Assembly (NCBI GenBank): GCA_963790305.1
Contig: CAWBOC010000005.1
Location: 192,001 to 256,000 of the forward strand
Reading direction: 5' to 3'
Source: an uncultured Gemmatimonadaceae bacterium
Lineage (GTDB): Bacteria > Gemmatimonadota > Gemmatimonadetes > Gemmatimonadales > Gemmatimonadaceae
DNA length: 64,000 nt
The notes below the pieces were generated by a model. It was not told where the DNA came from and did not search any database. It was given only the letters and a program-made list of their open reading frames with translations. Of this stretch, positions 1-8,890 are shown piece by piece. The first letter of the stretch is position 1. Every line of letters starts with the position of its first letter. The position numbers were made by a program, and so were the translations under genes.

Positions 1-2
1 CG

Positions 3-2048
3 ACCGTTGTCTTCCAGCGGCTGCGCCAGCCGGTCGTTTTCGGCTACCTGTTCGCCGGTATGATCGTCGGTCCGCACGTCCCGATTCCGATCGTGGCGGA
101 CGTCGCCATCGTGCAGACGCTCTCCGAGACGGGGGTGATCCTCCTCCTGTTCTCCCTGGGCCTCGAGTTCAGCCTCCGCAAGCTCATTCGTGTCGGGCCG
201 CGCGCCACCATCGTGGCGGTCGTGCAGGGGGCGCTGATGATCTGGCTGGGATATGCGCTCGGACGTGGGTTTGGATGGACGAAAATCGAGAGCTTCTACG
301 CCGGATCGATCATCGCGATCTCCAGCACGACCATCATCGCCAAGGCATTTCAGGAGCAACAGGTCAAAGGGAAGTTCACCGAGCTCGTTCTCGGCGTGCT
401 GATCATCGAGGACTTGATCGCGATCTTCCTCCTGACCGTGCTGACTGCGCTCTCCCAGGGCACTGGCGTGTCGGCCGGCAGTTTGGCGATCACCGGGATG
501 CGCCTGGCGATGTTTCTCGCCGGATTGATCGTGGTCGGGCTCCTGCTCATCCCCCGCGCGGTGCGCGCCGTCGTCCGGATGAACCGACCCGAGACCACGC
601 TCATCGCAAGCATGGGCATTTGCTTCGCCGCCGCGCTGCTCGCGTACTCGTTCGGCTATTCCGTTGCGCTCGGCGCCTTCATCGCGGGGTCGCTGGTCGC
701 CGAGTCCGGGGAGGAGCACACGGTCGCGCATCTCATCGAGCCGGTGCGCGACGTCTTCGCCGCGATCTTCTTCGTGGCGGTCGGAATGCTCATCGATCCC
801 AGCCTGGTGGCGCAGTACTGGATTCCGGTCGTCGTCTTCACGATCGCCGTCATCGTCGGGCAGGTCGTCTTCGTGACGATCAGCGCGTTCCTCACCGGCT
901 ACGGTACGCGCACGTCCATCCAGGCGGGAATGAGCCTCGCGCAAATTGGGGAGTTCTCCTTCATCATCGCGGCGATTGGGATCTCCACCGGCGCGACACG
1001 GGAGTTCCTGTATCCCGTGGCGGTGGCGGTGTCCGCGATCACGACGCTGACGACACCGTGGCTCATTCGGGGGGCGCCGCGAGCAGCCTCGTTCGTGGAC
1101 AGCAAGCTTCCTCGCCCGATTCAGACCTTCGTCACGCTTTACGGGTCGTGGCTCGAGCGCATGCGGGAGTCACGCGGATCCCGCGCGCAACGCCCGCGTG
1201 TGCGTCGGCTGGTGGGCCTGCTCGTACTCGATGTAGTCGTGATCGCCCTCATTCTCATCGGTGCCGCGCTCGAGACTGGCCGCTTTTCCACCCTGCTCTC
1301 CGGATCGACCGGCCTCTCGATTGGCGCGGCTCGTATCATTGTCATCGCTGGGATGGTGGCGATCGGAGTTCCCCTTCTCATTGGGTTCTTTCGAACCGCG
1401 CGCCAGCTCGGGACTCTCCTCGCGCATGAAGCGTTGCCCGCTGTCGAAAAGGGAGTCGATTTCGCCGCCGCCCCGCGTCGCGCACTCGTCGTCACGTTGC
1501 AGCTTACGGTGGTGATCGTGGCGGTTGTCTTCCTCATTGCCGTGACGAAGCCGTTCTATCCCCGGATTGGCTCCACGGTGGTGGTCGGTGTCGGCATCGC
1601 CATTTTGCTCGTGGTCCTTGGCATCACGTTCTGGCGCACGGCAGCGGACCTTTACGGCCACGCACGCGCCGGAGCGGAAGTGATCGTTGCCGTGCTCGCC
1701 CAGCAAATGGCGACCGAGCCGGCCGACGGCGTCGGCCGCAGACCACCCTCTCTCGATACCGTGGGAAAAATCCTGCCGGGACTCGGCGATCCAGTCTCGC
1801 TACGGATCGAGCCGGGGAGTGCGCTGGAGGGACAGACGCTCGCCGGGGCTAACCTCCGCGGGCTCACGGGTGCCACCGTGCTTGCGATCGTGCGGGGCGA
1901 CGAGCAGCTGCTGATGCCGTCCGGCCAGGAGACGCTGCGCGAGGGTGATGTGCTTGCCGTCGTCGGCTCGCACGAAGCGGTTGAAAACGCGCGGGCGCTC
2001 ATCGCGAGCGGCGCGAGTTCAGCCAGTCAGGGAGTCAGCACGGAGTAG
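3..2048 (+). CDS. CPA2-family cation:proton antiporter with C-terminal TrkA-C (RCK_C) domain; 5'-partial
   Basis: Frame open from base 3 (TVVFQRLRQPVVFGYL). Motifs GVILLLFSLGLEFS, ISSTTII, LIIEDL, LAQIGEFSFII; C-terminal GATVLAIVRG..P..ETLREGDVL. Confidence 0.92.
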   Translation, partial: TVVFQRLRQPVVFGYLFAGMIVGPHVPIPIVADVAIVQTLSETGVILLLFSLGLEFSLRKLIRVGPRATIVAVVQGALMIWLGYALGRGFGWTKIESFYAGSIIAISSTTIIAKAFQEQQVKGKFTELVLGVLIIEDLIAIFLLTVLTALSQGTGVSAGSLAITGMRLAMFLAGLIVVGLLLIPRAVRAVVRMNRPETTLIASMGICFAAALLAYSFGYSVALGAFIAGSLVAESGEEHTVAHLIEPVRDVFAAIFFVAVGMLIDPSLVAQYWIPVVVFTIAVIVGQVVFVTISAFLTGYGTRTSIQAGMSLAQIGEFSFIIAAIGISTGATREFLYPVAVAVSAITTLTTPWLIRGAPRAASFVDSKLPRPIQTFVTLYGSWLERMRESRGSRAQRPRVRRLVGLLVLDVVVIALILIGAALETGRFSTLLSGSTGLSIGAARIIVIAGMVAIGVPLLIGFFRTARQLGTLLAHEALPAVEKGVDFAAAPRRALVVTLQLTVVIVAVVFLIAVTKPFYPRIGSTVVVGVGIAILLVVLGITFWRTAADLYGHARAGAEVIVAVLAQQMATEPADGVGRRPPSLDTVGKILPGLGDPVSLRIEPGSALEGQTLAGANLRGLTGATVLAIVRGDEQLLMPSGQETLREGDVLAVVGSHEAVENARALIASGASSASQGVSTE

Positions 2049-2419
2049 TGCGACATCGCCAGGCGCTGCTGCACGACGACATCGATCTGCTGCCCTGGTC
2101 CCGCGGGAATGACGTCTGTCTGGTACGTCTGCGGGGAGCCGATCGCATCGATGAAGATGCTGAGACCGCGCGCATCGACGAAGCTCCGTGGAAGCTCGAA
2201 GACTTCGGTGTTTTGCCCGGTGACGGTGCCCAATCGCTGCCGCGAGCCGGATCTCGCCGCGTAGACGTTCACGTCGAGCCACCCGTTGTTGGTGATTCGC
2301 GCCGTCGCAATCTCGTCGAGTGCGATCAGGCCGGGTGACGAGCGCCCGGAGCGCAGGCATCCCATCGCCAGCGCGAGTATCGCGATCGCGATGATGCCGC
2401 GGAATGGTCGAGCGTGCAT
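2027..2419 (-). CDS. Small hypothetical lipoprotein
   Basis: ATG at 2419 gives a signal peptide with lipobox LAMGC, followed by a beta-rich domain (NNGWLDVNVYA..RQRLGTV). Confidence 0.7.
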   Translation of the reverse strand: MHARPFRGIIAIAILALAMGCLRSGRSSPGLIALDEIATARITNNGWLDVNVYAARSGSRQRLGTVTGQNTEVFELPRSFVDARGLSIFIDAIGSPQTYQTDVIPAGPGQQIDVVVQQRLAMSHYSVLTP

Positions 2420-2529
2420 GTGGTCCCCCATCATGACGTGCATCGCACTGCCGGACTGGTCTACCCATGCATTGGGGATACCAGCGCGGAGGGCGAACGG
2501 CAAAGACGTCCGAATTCACACTCTCAAGA

Positions 2530-3078
2530 CTAGGGGGGTGTGACATTTGTCACCGGTGGACGCCGAGTGATCATCGTGGCTACCGCCGCCAGTCCGTTCA
2601 GAAGATGATCGAGCAGTGAAGGTGGCTGACCTGCCCAACGGCGCAGCACGTAGTTCCAACCGAGCTGGTAGCCGTTGCGTGTCTTGCGCGCGGCCTTGCC
2701 GAGGCGCTCCCACCCGGTGTGCACGAGATCGAGGCGCGTCTCCTTGCCGACGGCAGTGAAGCGCAGCTCGACCTGCTGGGCGACATCGGCGGCGTGCCCG
2801 GGGTGCCAGGTGAAGGTCACGTCATGCGGCGGATTCCACGTGAGAACCTCACCCCACTCGATGCGCCGGCCATCGCGCCAGACTTCGTAGATCTTTCCTC
2901 CTTTACGCCCTTCGAAGACACAGGTCGTGACCTCCTTCTGTCCCAGTGAATGGGAGCGTGATGGCCACCACGATCCGAACTCCGCGGTAAAGCGTCTGAA
3001 TGCGGCATCGACGCCCCACGGGACGACGATCGACTTTCGCACCGGTGCGATGACCTCTCGCGACGACTGGTCAACCAT
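2530..3078 (-). CDS. SRPBCC/AHSA1-like domain protein
   Basis: VRKSIVVPWGVDAAFRRFT..WWP, GEVLTWNPP..FTW, TRLDLVHTGW, GW..VL. Overlaps the end of the upstream ArsR gene. Confidence 0.88.
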   Translation of the reverse strand: MVDQSSREVIAPVRKSIVVPWGVDAAFRRFTAEFGSWWPSRSHSLGQKEVTTCVFEGRKGGKIYEVWRDGRRIEWGEVLTWNPPHDVTFTWHPGHAADVAQQVELRFTAVGKETRLDLVHTGWERLGKAARKTRNGYQLGWNYVLRRWAGQPPSLLDHLLNGLAAVATMITRRPPVTNVTPP

Positions 3079-3394
3079 TCTTCCTCCGTTTCGTGCCGGG
3101 TTCAGTGGCAGTCGTCGCATACGCGGCAAGCACATCGTCCCACAGTGAATCCACGTAGCGTCGTAGCTCGGCCAGCCCCTCCGGGCGTGCGCTGTAGTAG
3201 CGTCGTGTTCCCTCGCGGCGGTGCGTCACGAGCTTTGCGCCGTCGAGGACGCGCAAGTGCTGCGAGACGGCGGGCTGTGAGACGGCGGCCAGCTTCGCGA
3301 GCTCGCCCACGGTGTGCGCGCGGCGGCGCATGCGTTCGTAGAGCAGGCGTCGAGTGGGATCAGCGAGGGCGGTGAGAGCGGCTATATAGGTCAT
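3071..3394 (-). CDS. ArsR/SmtB-family transcriptional regulator
   Basis: ALADPTRR..TVGELA..VSQPAVSQHLRVL..REGTRRYY. ArsR-SRPBCC is a common pairing. Confidence 0.93.
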   Translation of the reverse strand: MTYIAALTALADPTRRLLYERMRRRAHTVGELAKLAAVSQPAVSQHLRVLDGAKLVTHRREGTRRYYSARPEGLAELRRYVDSLWDDVLAAYATTATEPGTKRRKNG

Positions 3395-3398
3395 GGCT

Positions 3399-3420
3399 TA
3401 TGTAAGCTATCACTTATATA
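3399..3420. promoter_or_regulatory. Probable ArsR operator (imperfect palindrome TATGTAAG-N6-CTTATATA)
   Basis: AT-rich inverted repeat immediately upstream of the ArsR start codon. Confidence 0.6.
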
Positions 3421-3432
3421 TGCGCTCCGCAA

Positions 3433-3454
3433 GAGCCGGGCTTTCGCCCGGCTC
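3433..3454 (-). terminator. Hairpin terminator after the VWA-lipoprotein operon
   Basis: GAGCCGGGC-GAAA-GCCCGGCTC on the minus strand, 12 nt after the stop at 3467; only a short U tail. Confidence 0.6.
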
Positions 3455-3466
3455 CTGGTCGTACCG

Positions 3467-4240
3467 TTAGAGGCCGATGCTCCGAACGCGGAAGTCGACG
3501 TTGTCGCCGATCCACTTCCAGAGCGTATCCTGAGCCTCGGGCGGCGAGCCCTGGCGGTAGTGACGTCGCCAGGTGGCCATCACCTCGTCATCGACGGTCC
3601 ACATGCGCACGCGCCGGCGGGGGACCCGTTTCTCCCAGTGCACCGCGACCGTCGGCGCCGGATACAGCACGCGCACGGTCACGCTCTTCGAGATGTACTC
3701 GAGCTCGCCGAGGTCGATCTTCGTGTACATGGCGAGGCTGTCGCGCTTGTCCTTGTGCAAGTCTGGCAGCCCGTCGGTGAAGAGCACGACGTTGAGCGGC
3801 GACAGCACCAGCCCTTGCCGCTTGAGTAGCGTCGCCACACGTCTGAAAAATGGATTGAAATCCGTCAGCCCGTCCTTCGACGGATACTCGCGTCTCAAAT
3901 ACGACGAGATCTCCGCCACACTCATGCCCTGGAACGTGTGGATCGGCTGAAACGACTTCGTCTCGCCGGGCTCCTCTCCACCAATCGAGCCGACAAAGAC
4001 GTTCGTTGGCTTCTTGAGGCCCCCGAGGCCATGAAGATGGCCGTACAGGTAGTTCGCGGCGAACTCGATCGAGCTGTCGTAGCGCCCGCCACGGCGGAAC
4101 GATCCGCTCACGTCGATCCCGATCACCAGCGTCGAGCGCGCGGTACGCTGCTCCGCGCCCGACGGTGCGCACGCGGTGAGTGCCGCGAGCGCAGCGAGTT
4201 GCGCCAAACGGCGCACGGCCAAACGCCGCGCGCGGATCAT
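3467..4240 (-). CDS. Uncharacterised lipoprotein with VWA/MIDAS-like domain
   Basis: ATG at 4240 overlaps the upstream TGA (ATGA). Lipobox LTAC; MIDAS-like DVSGS ... TD ... VLFTDG. Confidence 0.75.
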   Translation of the reverse strand: MIRARRLAVRRLAQLAALAALTACAPSGAEQRTARSTLVIGIDVSGSFRRGGRYDSSIEFAANYLYGHLHGLGGLKKPTNVFVGSIGGEEPGETKSFQPIHTFQGMSVAEISSYLRREYPSKDGLTDFNPFFRRVATLLKRQGLVLSPLNVVLFTDGLPDLHKDKRDSLAMYTKIDLGELEYISKSVTVRVLYPAPTVAVHWEKRVPRRRVRMWTVDDEVMATWRRHYRQGSPPEAQDTLWKWIGDNVDFRVRSIGL

Positions 4241-5520
4241 GAGGCCACCCCAGGCATCGGGTCGCGCGGCGTGGGGATACCGCCAGCGCGACGGACCGGC
4301 CTTTCGACATGCGCGTGCGTGCGCGCAAGGTGCGTCGCCGCCAGCATGTCGTCCAGCGTCTTGAACGGCAGCGAGAACACACCGTGCGACTGCACGATCA
4401 TCACCGCGAAGTTCACCGCGCCGGCGAGCAGCTGCAGTACCGGCAGCGAGAGCAGCTCCAGCATCCGCTTCGCTTCCGCGTGGAACCAAGCCGTCTCGGC
4501 TTTCAGTGCGTCGACCGGCGCCTTCCACATCGCGGGTTGCACCGGCGGGGCCACCGCAGGCGTCGTCGCATCGTGCGTGATCGTCTGACGCGCGATCACC
4601 GCCAGCAATGCCGGCGTCCCGAAGCGACCAAAGAGGAACCACGACATTCCGCGCACGCCCATCCAGCCGAACGAGGCGAGGAACAGCGTTGCCGCGAGAC
4701 CGAGACGCACCTCACCGCCCGTCTGTTGCGCGATCCAGGGCGTGATGGCGTCGATCATCTCGCGATACAGGAACATGACCTCGAAGAACATGACCGCACT
4801 TTCGACGATCAGCATCTGCACGATGTCGCTCACCTTCTTCTGCCGAACCGCCGACGCGAGCACCTGCATACAGGCGAAGCTTCCGGCGACGAGCATGAAG
4901 AGGAAGACCCAGAGCAGCGGGACCATCACGCGCGGGTTCGGCTCGAACCCGGTGAGCCCCGCGAAGACCTCGACGAGGGTCGGGTTCAGCGTGAAGGTGA
5001 AGATCGTCGCTTCAACGCCCGTCCAGAGGAGCAGGACGAGGAACGCAACCCACGGCACACCAGGCTGGAAGTAGCGGCGCGTGCTCCAGTCGAGCAGGGA
5101 GAACGGCGAGCGCACCATTCCAACGATGAGATTCTTGAAGAAGAGCCAGGTGAATCGCAGCACGCCGATGACCCATCCCACCAGCGCGACGCCGACCCGG
5201 ACGAAGCCCATCCAGAAGAGCCAGATGCACCGTCCCGCGTCCCACCATGCGAGGAGGAGCGCGGTGATGTAGCTCCCACGGCCCGAGCGGAAGGGGAGCG
5301 TGTAGAGCGAGAGCATCGTACACCAGACCCCCACAATGACGAGCAGCGCGGGGAGCAGGAGAGTGGCGCTCACGAGCACAATGCCGGCGACGCTGTCACC
5401 GATCATCGAGGGGCGGAGGAGCGTGGCTTGTAGCTCGGGAATCCAGCGCAGCGGCGACAGCAGCACGGTGACCGTCGCACGCCATTCGGCGGGAAAGAGC
5501 TCCACGATCGCGTCGAACAT
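4237..5520 (-). CDS. Uncharacterised multi-pass membrane protein
   Basis: From MFDAIVELFP, about 8-9 hydrophobic segments. Translationally coupled to the VWA lipoprotein. Confidence 0.8.
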   Translation of the reverse strand: MFDAIVELFPAEWRATVTVLLSPLRWIPELQATLLRPSMIGDSVAGIVLVSATLLLPALLVIVGVWCTMLSLYTLPFRSGRGSYITALLLAWWDAGRCIWLFWMGFVRVGVALVGWVIGVLRFTWLFFKNLIVGMVRSPFSLLDWSTRRYFQPGVPWVAFLVLLLWTGVEATIFTFTLNPTLVEVFAGLTGFEPNPRVMVPLLWVFLFMLVAGSFACMQVLASAVRQKKVSDIVQMLIVESAVMFFEVMFLYREMIDAITPWIAQQTGGEVRLGLAATLFLASFGWMGVRGMSWFLFGRFGTPALLAVIARQTITHDATTPAVAPPVQPAMWKAPVDALKAETAWFHAEAKRMLELLSLPVLQLLAGAVNFAVMIVQSHGVFSLPFKTLDDMLAATHLARTHAHVERPVRRAGGIPTPRDPMPGVAS

Positions 5521-5809
5521 GGAGAGGTGCCTCGGCAAGGGGGCGCGCCCGCCGCGGCCTAACGACTGGCCGCGGAGGGGCGCGAGGGAAAAGTGCTTCT
5601 CTCCCTCGACGACCGAGGCGGGCCTGCCGTCTCCGAACCTACACCGGCTGTGCGCGCGATCACCCGAAGTGAGGCCAATGTGACCGTCATTTCGCCCGCG
5701 CCCGGACGGGTGTCGAGTTTCTTCGCGGCGTCGTGGGGACCGCCCAAAATGGGCTGTCGAGCCATCTCGAAGGGATACTTTCCGGACGTGGATCGCCGTA
5801 TGCTTCGGC

Positions 5810-6370
5810 GTGACCATTCTCGTCGCCATCGCAGCCGGCGTCGTGCTCGCGGCCTCCGCGGGACTCCGCGCATTCGTCCCCCTGTTCGCGGTCGGCGTCG
5901 CGTCGCGCACGTTTGGATGGGATGTCGCGAACGAGATGCAGTGGCTCGCGTCGAATACCGCGCTCACCTGCTTTGGAATCGCGAGCGCACTCGAGGTGGC
6001 CGCTGACAAGATCCCCGTCGTCGATCATGCGCTCGACGCCGTCCACACCATCATCGGTCCGATCGCTGGTGCGCTCGCCGGTCTCAGCGTCTGGCTGCAC
6101 TTCCCCCCGACCGTTGCCGCCGTCCTCGCGATCGCCGTTGGCGCGCCAGTCGCCGGGGGCGTTCATCTCCTGGCGGCTACCACGCGGGTGAAGAGCTCGG
6201 TCGTAAGTGGTGGAACGCTCAACCCCGTCGCGAGCACCGTGGAAGATGGCGTCACCCTTGGGGCGATCCTGATCGCCATCCTCGCGCCAGTGCTCGCGCT
6301 GGTGCTGGCAATCGTGTTGTTCGTGGTCGTCGGCCGCTACATCGTAAAGCGGCGCCGCTCACCCGCCTAA
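5810..6370 (+). CDS. DUF4126-family membrane protein
   Basis: LAASAGLRAFVPL, LEVAADKIPVVDHALD, NPVASTVED motifs. Confidence 0.88.
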   Translation: MTILVAIAAGVVLAASAGLRAFVPLFAVGVASRTFGWDVANEMQWLASNTALTCFGIASALEVAADKIPVVDHALDAVHTIIGPIAGALAGLSVWLHFPPTVAAVLAIAVGAPVAGGVHLLAATTRVKSSVVSGGTLNPVASTVEDGVTLGAILIAILAPVLALVLAIVLFVVVGRYIVKRRRSPA

Positions 6371-7540
6371 CGCGGCCGAGGCGACGCGCGCGGCCTCGGC
6401 CAGCACTGCGCCGCCGACAAAGATGCTGTCGTCCGCGGCGTAGAATCGCGGAGTGTGTGCGGGAATTGCTTCCCCACCGGCTTCGCATGCACCCACCCGC
6501 AAGAAACAGCCGGGCATCCGCTCCATGTAGTAGGCGAAGTCCTCAGCGGCCAGATTCACGAAGCCAAGCGGAACAACGGATTCGGCGCCCACCACCGCGA
6601 TCGCCGCGCTTCGTGCCCAGCTCGCCGCCTCGATGGGGTTGACGATCGGCGGTGGTCCGAGCTCGACGGTCACCTGCGCCTGGAGGCGATGGGCCGAGGC
6701 CACGGCGTCAGCGATGCGCCGGAGCTCATCGTGCAGGAGCCGCCGCGTGTCGGGATCCGTCGCTCGCAGCGTTCCCGTCATCATCGCCCGATCCGGGATG
6801 ATGTTCGACGCGCTGCCGGCGTTGATCGTCCCGACCGTCACCACCGCCGCGCGTGATGGATCCAGCCGGCGGGAGACGATGGTCTGCAACGCGCCGATCA
6901 GCGCGCCCGCGCCGACAATGGGATCAGCGGCTTCATGCGGGCGGGCGGCATGGGCCCCGCTGCCGAGCAGCTCGATCTGGAAAGTGTCGGCCGACGCAGC
7001 CAGCGGGCCTGCTTCCGCCACCACCGTCCCCACCGGAAAGCGCCGGTCGACGTGCGCTCCGAAAATCGCCGACACGCCATCCAGCGCTCCGCTGTCCATC
7101 ACGGCGCGTGCTCCTTTCCCAGTCTCCTCCGCCGGCTGCAGCACGATGAGGACGTCTCCCGCGGCGGGGCGCTCGCTGAGCAGGTGCGCGGCAGCCACTG
7201 CCCACGTCGCATGCACGTCGTGCCCACAGGCGTGCATGACGCCGGCATTTCGAGACGAGTACTCGAGGTTGGTGTTCTCGTGAATGGGGAGGGCGTCAAT
7301 GTCGCCGCGAATCGCGACCACGGGCGCTCGCGCATCGCGACCGGCAATGCGCGCGACGACACCAGTGCCCGCGACGCGATGGAGCTCCTTGGGACGCACC
7401 GGTGCCAGCGCGTCGTTCAGCCGGTTCGCCGTCCGCTCCTCACGAAACGCCAGCTCAGGGTCGCGATGAATTTCTCGGCGAAGCGCGATCAGCGCCGCGT
7501 GCACATCGGGCGCGAACAGCCTCGCGACCGTGTCGATCAC
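6359..7540 (-). CDS. M20D-family amidohydrolase (aminoacylase/hippuricase-like)
   Basis: RREIHRDPELAFRE, RGDIDALP, MHACGHD, QPAEE, AEDFAYY, H.P.F. Confidence 0.93.
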   Translation of the reverse strand: MIDTVARLFAPDVHAALIALRREIHRDPELAFREERTANRLNDALAPVRPKELHRVAGTGVVARIAGRDARAPVVAIRGDIDALPIHENTNLEYSSRNAGVMHACGHDVHATWAVAAAHLLSERPAAGDVLIVLQPAEETGKGARAVMDSGALDGVSAIFGAHVDRRFPVGTVVAEAGPLAASADTFQIELLGSGAHAARPHEAADPIVGAGALIGALQTIVSRRLDPSRAAVVTVGTINAGSASNIIPDRAMMTGTLRATDPDTRRLLHDELRRIADAVASAHRLQAQVTVELGPPPIVNPIEAASWARSAAIAVVGAESVVPLGFVNLAAEDFAYYMERMPGCFLRVGACEAGGEAIPAHTPRFYAADDSIFVGGAVLAEAARVASAALGG

Positions 7541-8890
7541 TCGCGAGAGCGCGAGCGCCAGAGGTAGAACGCCGGCACGCCAAGCAGGACCAGGCCGAGC
7601 CCGACCGCCGCCCGCCCGGGCTGGCTCACGATCGTGTTGAGCACGATCGCCGCCGCCGAGGCAACGAAGAGGAGTGGCGTCACCGGATACCCAGGCGTGC
7701 GAAACGGGCGTGGCAAATCGGGCTGCTTACGCCGGTACACGAAGATCGCCAGGCCACCGAGCGCGTAGAAAAGCCAGCCGCTGAAGACGACGTAGGTCAA
7801 CAATTGCTCGAACGTCCCCGTCGCGGCGAGGAGCATCGCCCACACCGAGCTGGCGACGATCGCCAGCGCCGGCGTGCCGAATCGCGGATGCACCTCAGCC
7901 AACTTGGCAAAGAACACGCGGTCACGCGCCATCGAGAAGTAGAGACGGGGCGTGGTCAGAGTGAGGCCGTTCGCCGCGCTGAACATCGACACGAGGATGA
8001 CGGCCGCGATCACCTTGCCGGCGGAGGGTCCGAGCACCGCGCTCACGGCGTCCGCCGCCACTCGCTCGCTCGCCATCACCCCCGTCGTCCCCAGCGCCGC
8101 GAGGTAGGCGACGTTGGCCAGCAGATACAGAACGATGAGGAGCACGCGTACCGAGCACGAGCGCGCGCGGAAGCGTTCGCTGCGGATCGATCGCCTCGCC
8201 CGCGGAAAAGGTGACGTACTGCCACCCTTCGTACGCCCAGAGCACGGCGATCATCGCCAGCCCCACGCCGGCGAACAGCGAACCACCCGTCGCGCCGGCG
8301 ACGTCGGCCGCCGCGCCGGCGGCGGGCCATGTGCCTAACGCGAGCAGGAGGATGCTCATGACGACGATCGCCCCGGCCTTGATCGCGGTCGTGACGTTCT
8401 GAACGTCAGCGCCCTGTCGCGCGCCGCGGACGTTGACGGCCATGACGACCACCACCACGAGAACCGCTATCAGCTTCGCCACCAGGGGCGACACCGTCAC
8501 GAACTGCTGAAGGTATCGCGTGAACGCAACCGCGAGCGTCGCCACCGAGCCGGCGCCGAGCACGAAAAACGACGTCCACCCATAGAGGAACGCCGGAAGC
8601 GGACCGAACGCATCGCGGATGTAGAGATAGAGACCGCCCGCGTCCGGCTTCGCCGCTCCCATCTCCGCGAAGGTGAGCGCACCGAGCAGCGAGAGCACAC
8701 CGGCAAAGACCCAGACCGCGAGGGCGAGGCGCACGTCGCCACCGGTCTGCCGGAGCACCGGGCCCGGCACGAGGAAGATCCCCGATCCGATCACCGTGCC
8801 GACCACGATCAGGATGAGATCGCGCGGACGTAGCGTGCGCCGGAGGGATCGTGCGGGCTCGTCGGCGGCGCGCGGCGCCGGAGATGTCAT
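7537..8890 (-). CDS. APC-family amino acid permease (frameshift near 8147, probably a sequencing indel)
   Basis: GTVIGSGIF, AEMGAAKPDAGG, WAYEGW in one frame; YLLANVAY, HPRFGTP, PFRTPGYP in the next. Together they make one full-length permease. Confidence 0.88.

Noticed and set aside
5521..6009. N-terminal extension of the 590-aa membrane ORF
   Set aside because: Covers intergenic DNA and antisense DUF4126; protein-like sequence starts at 5520.
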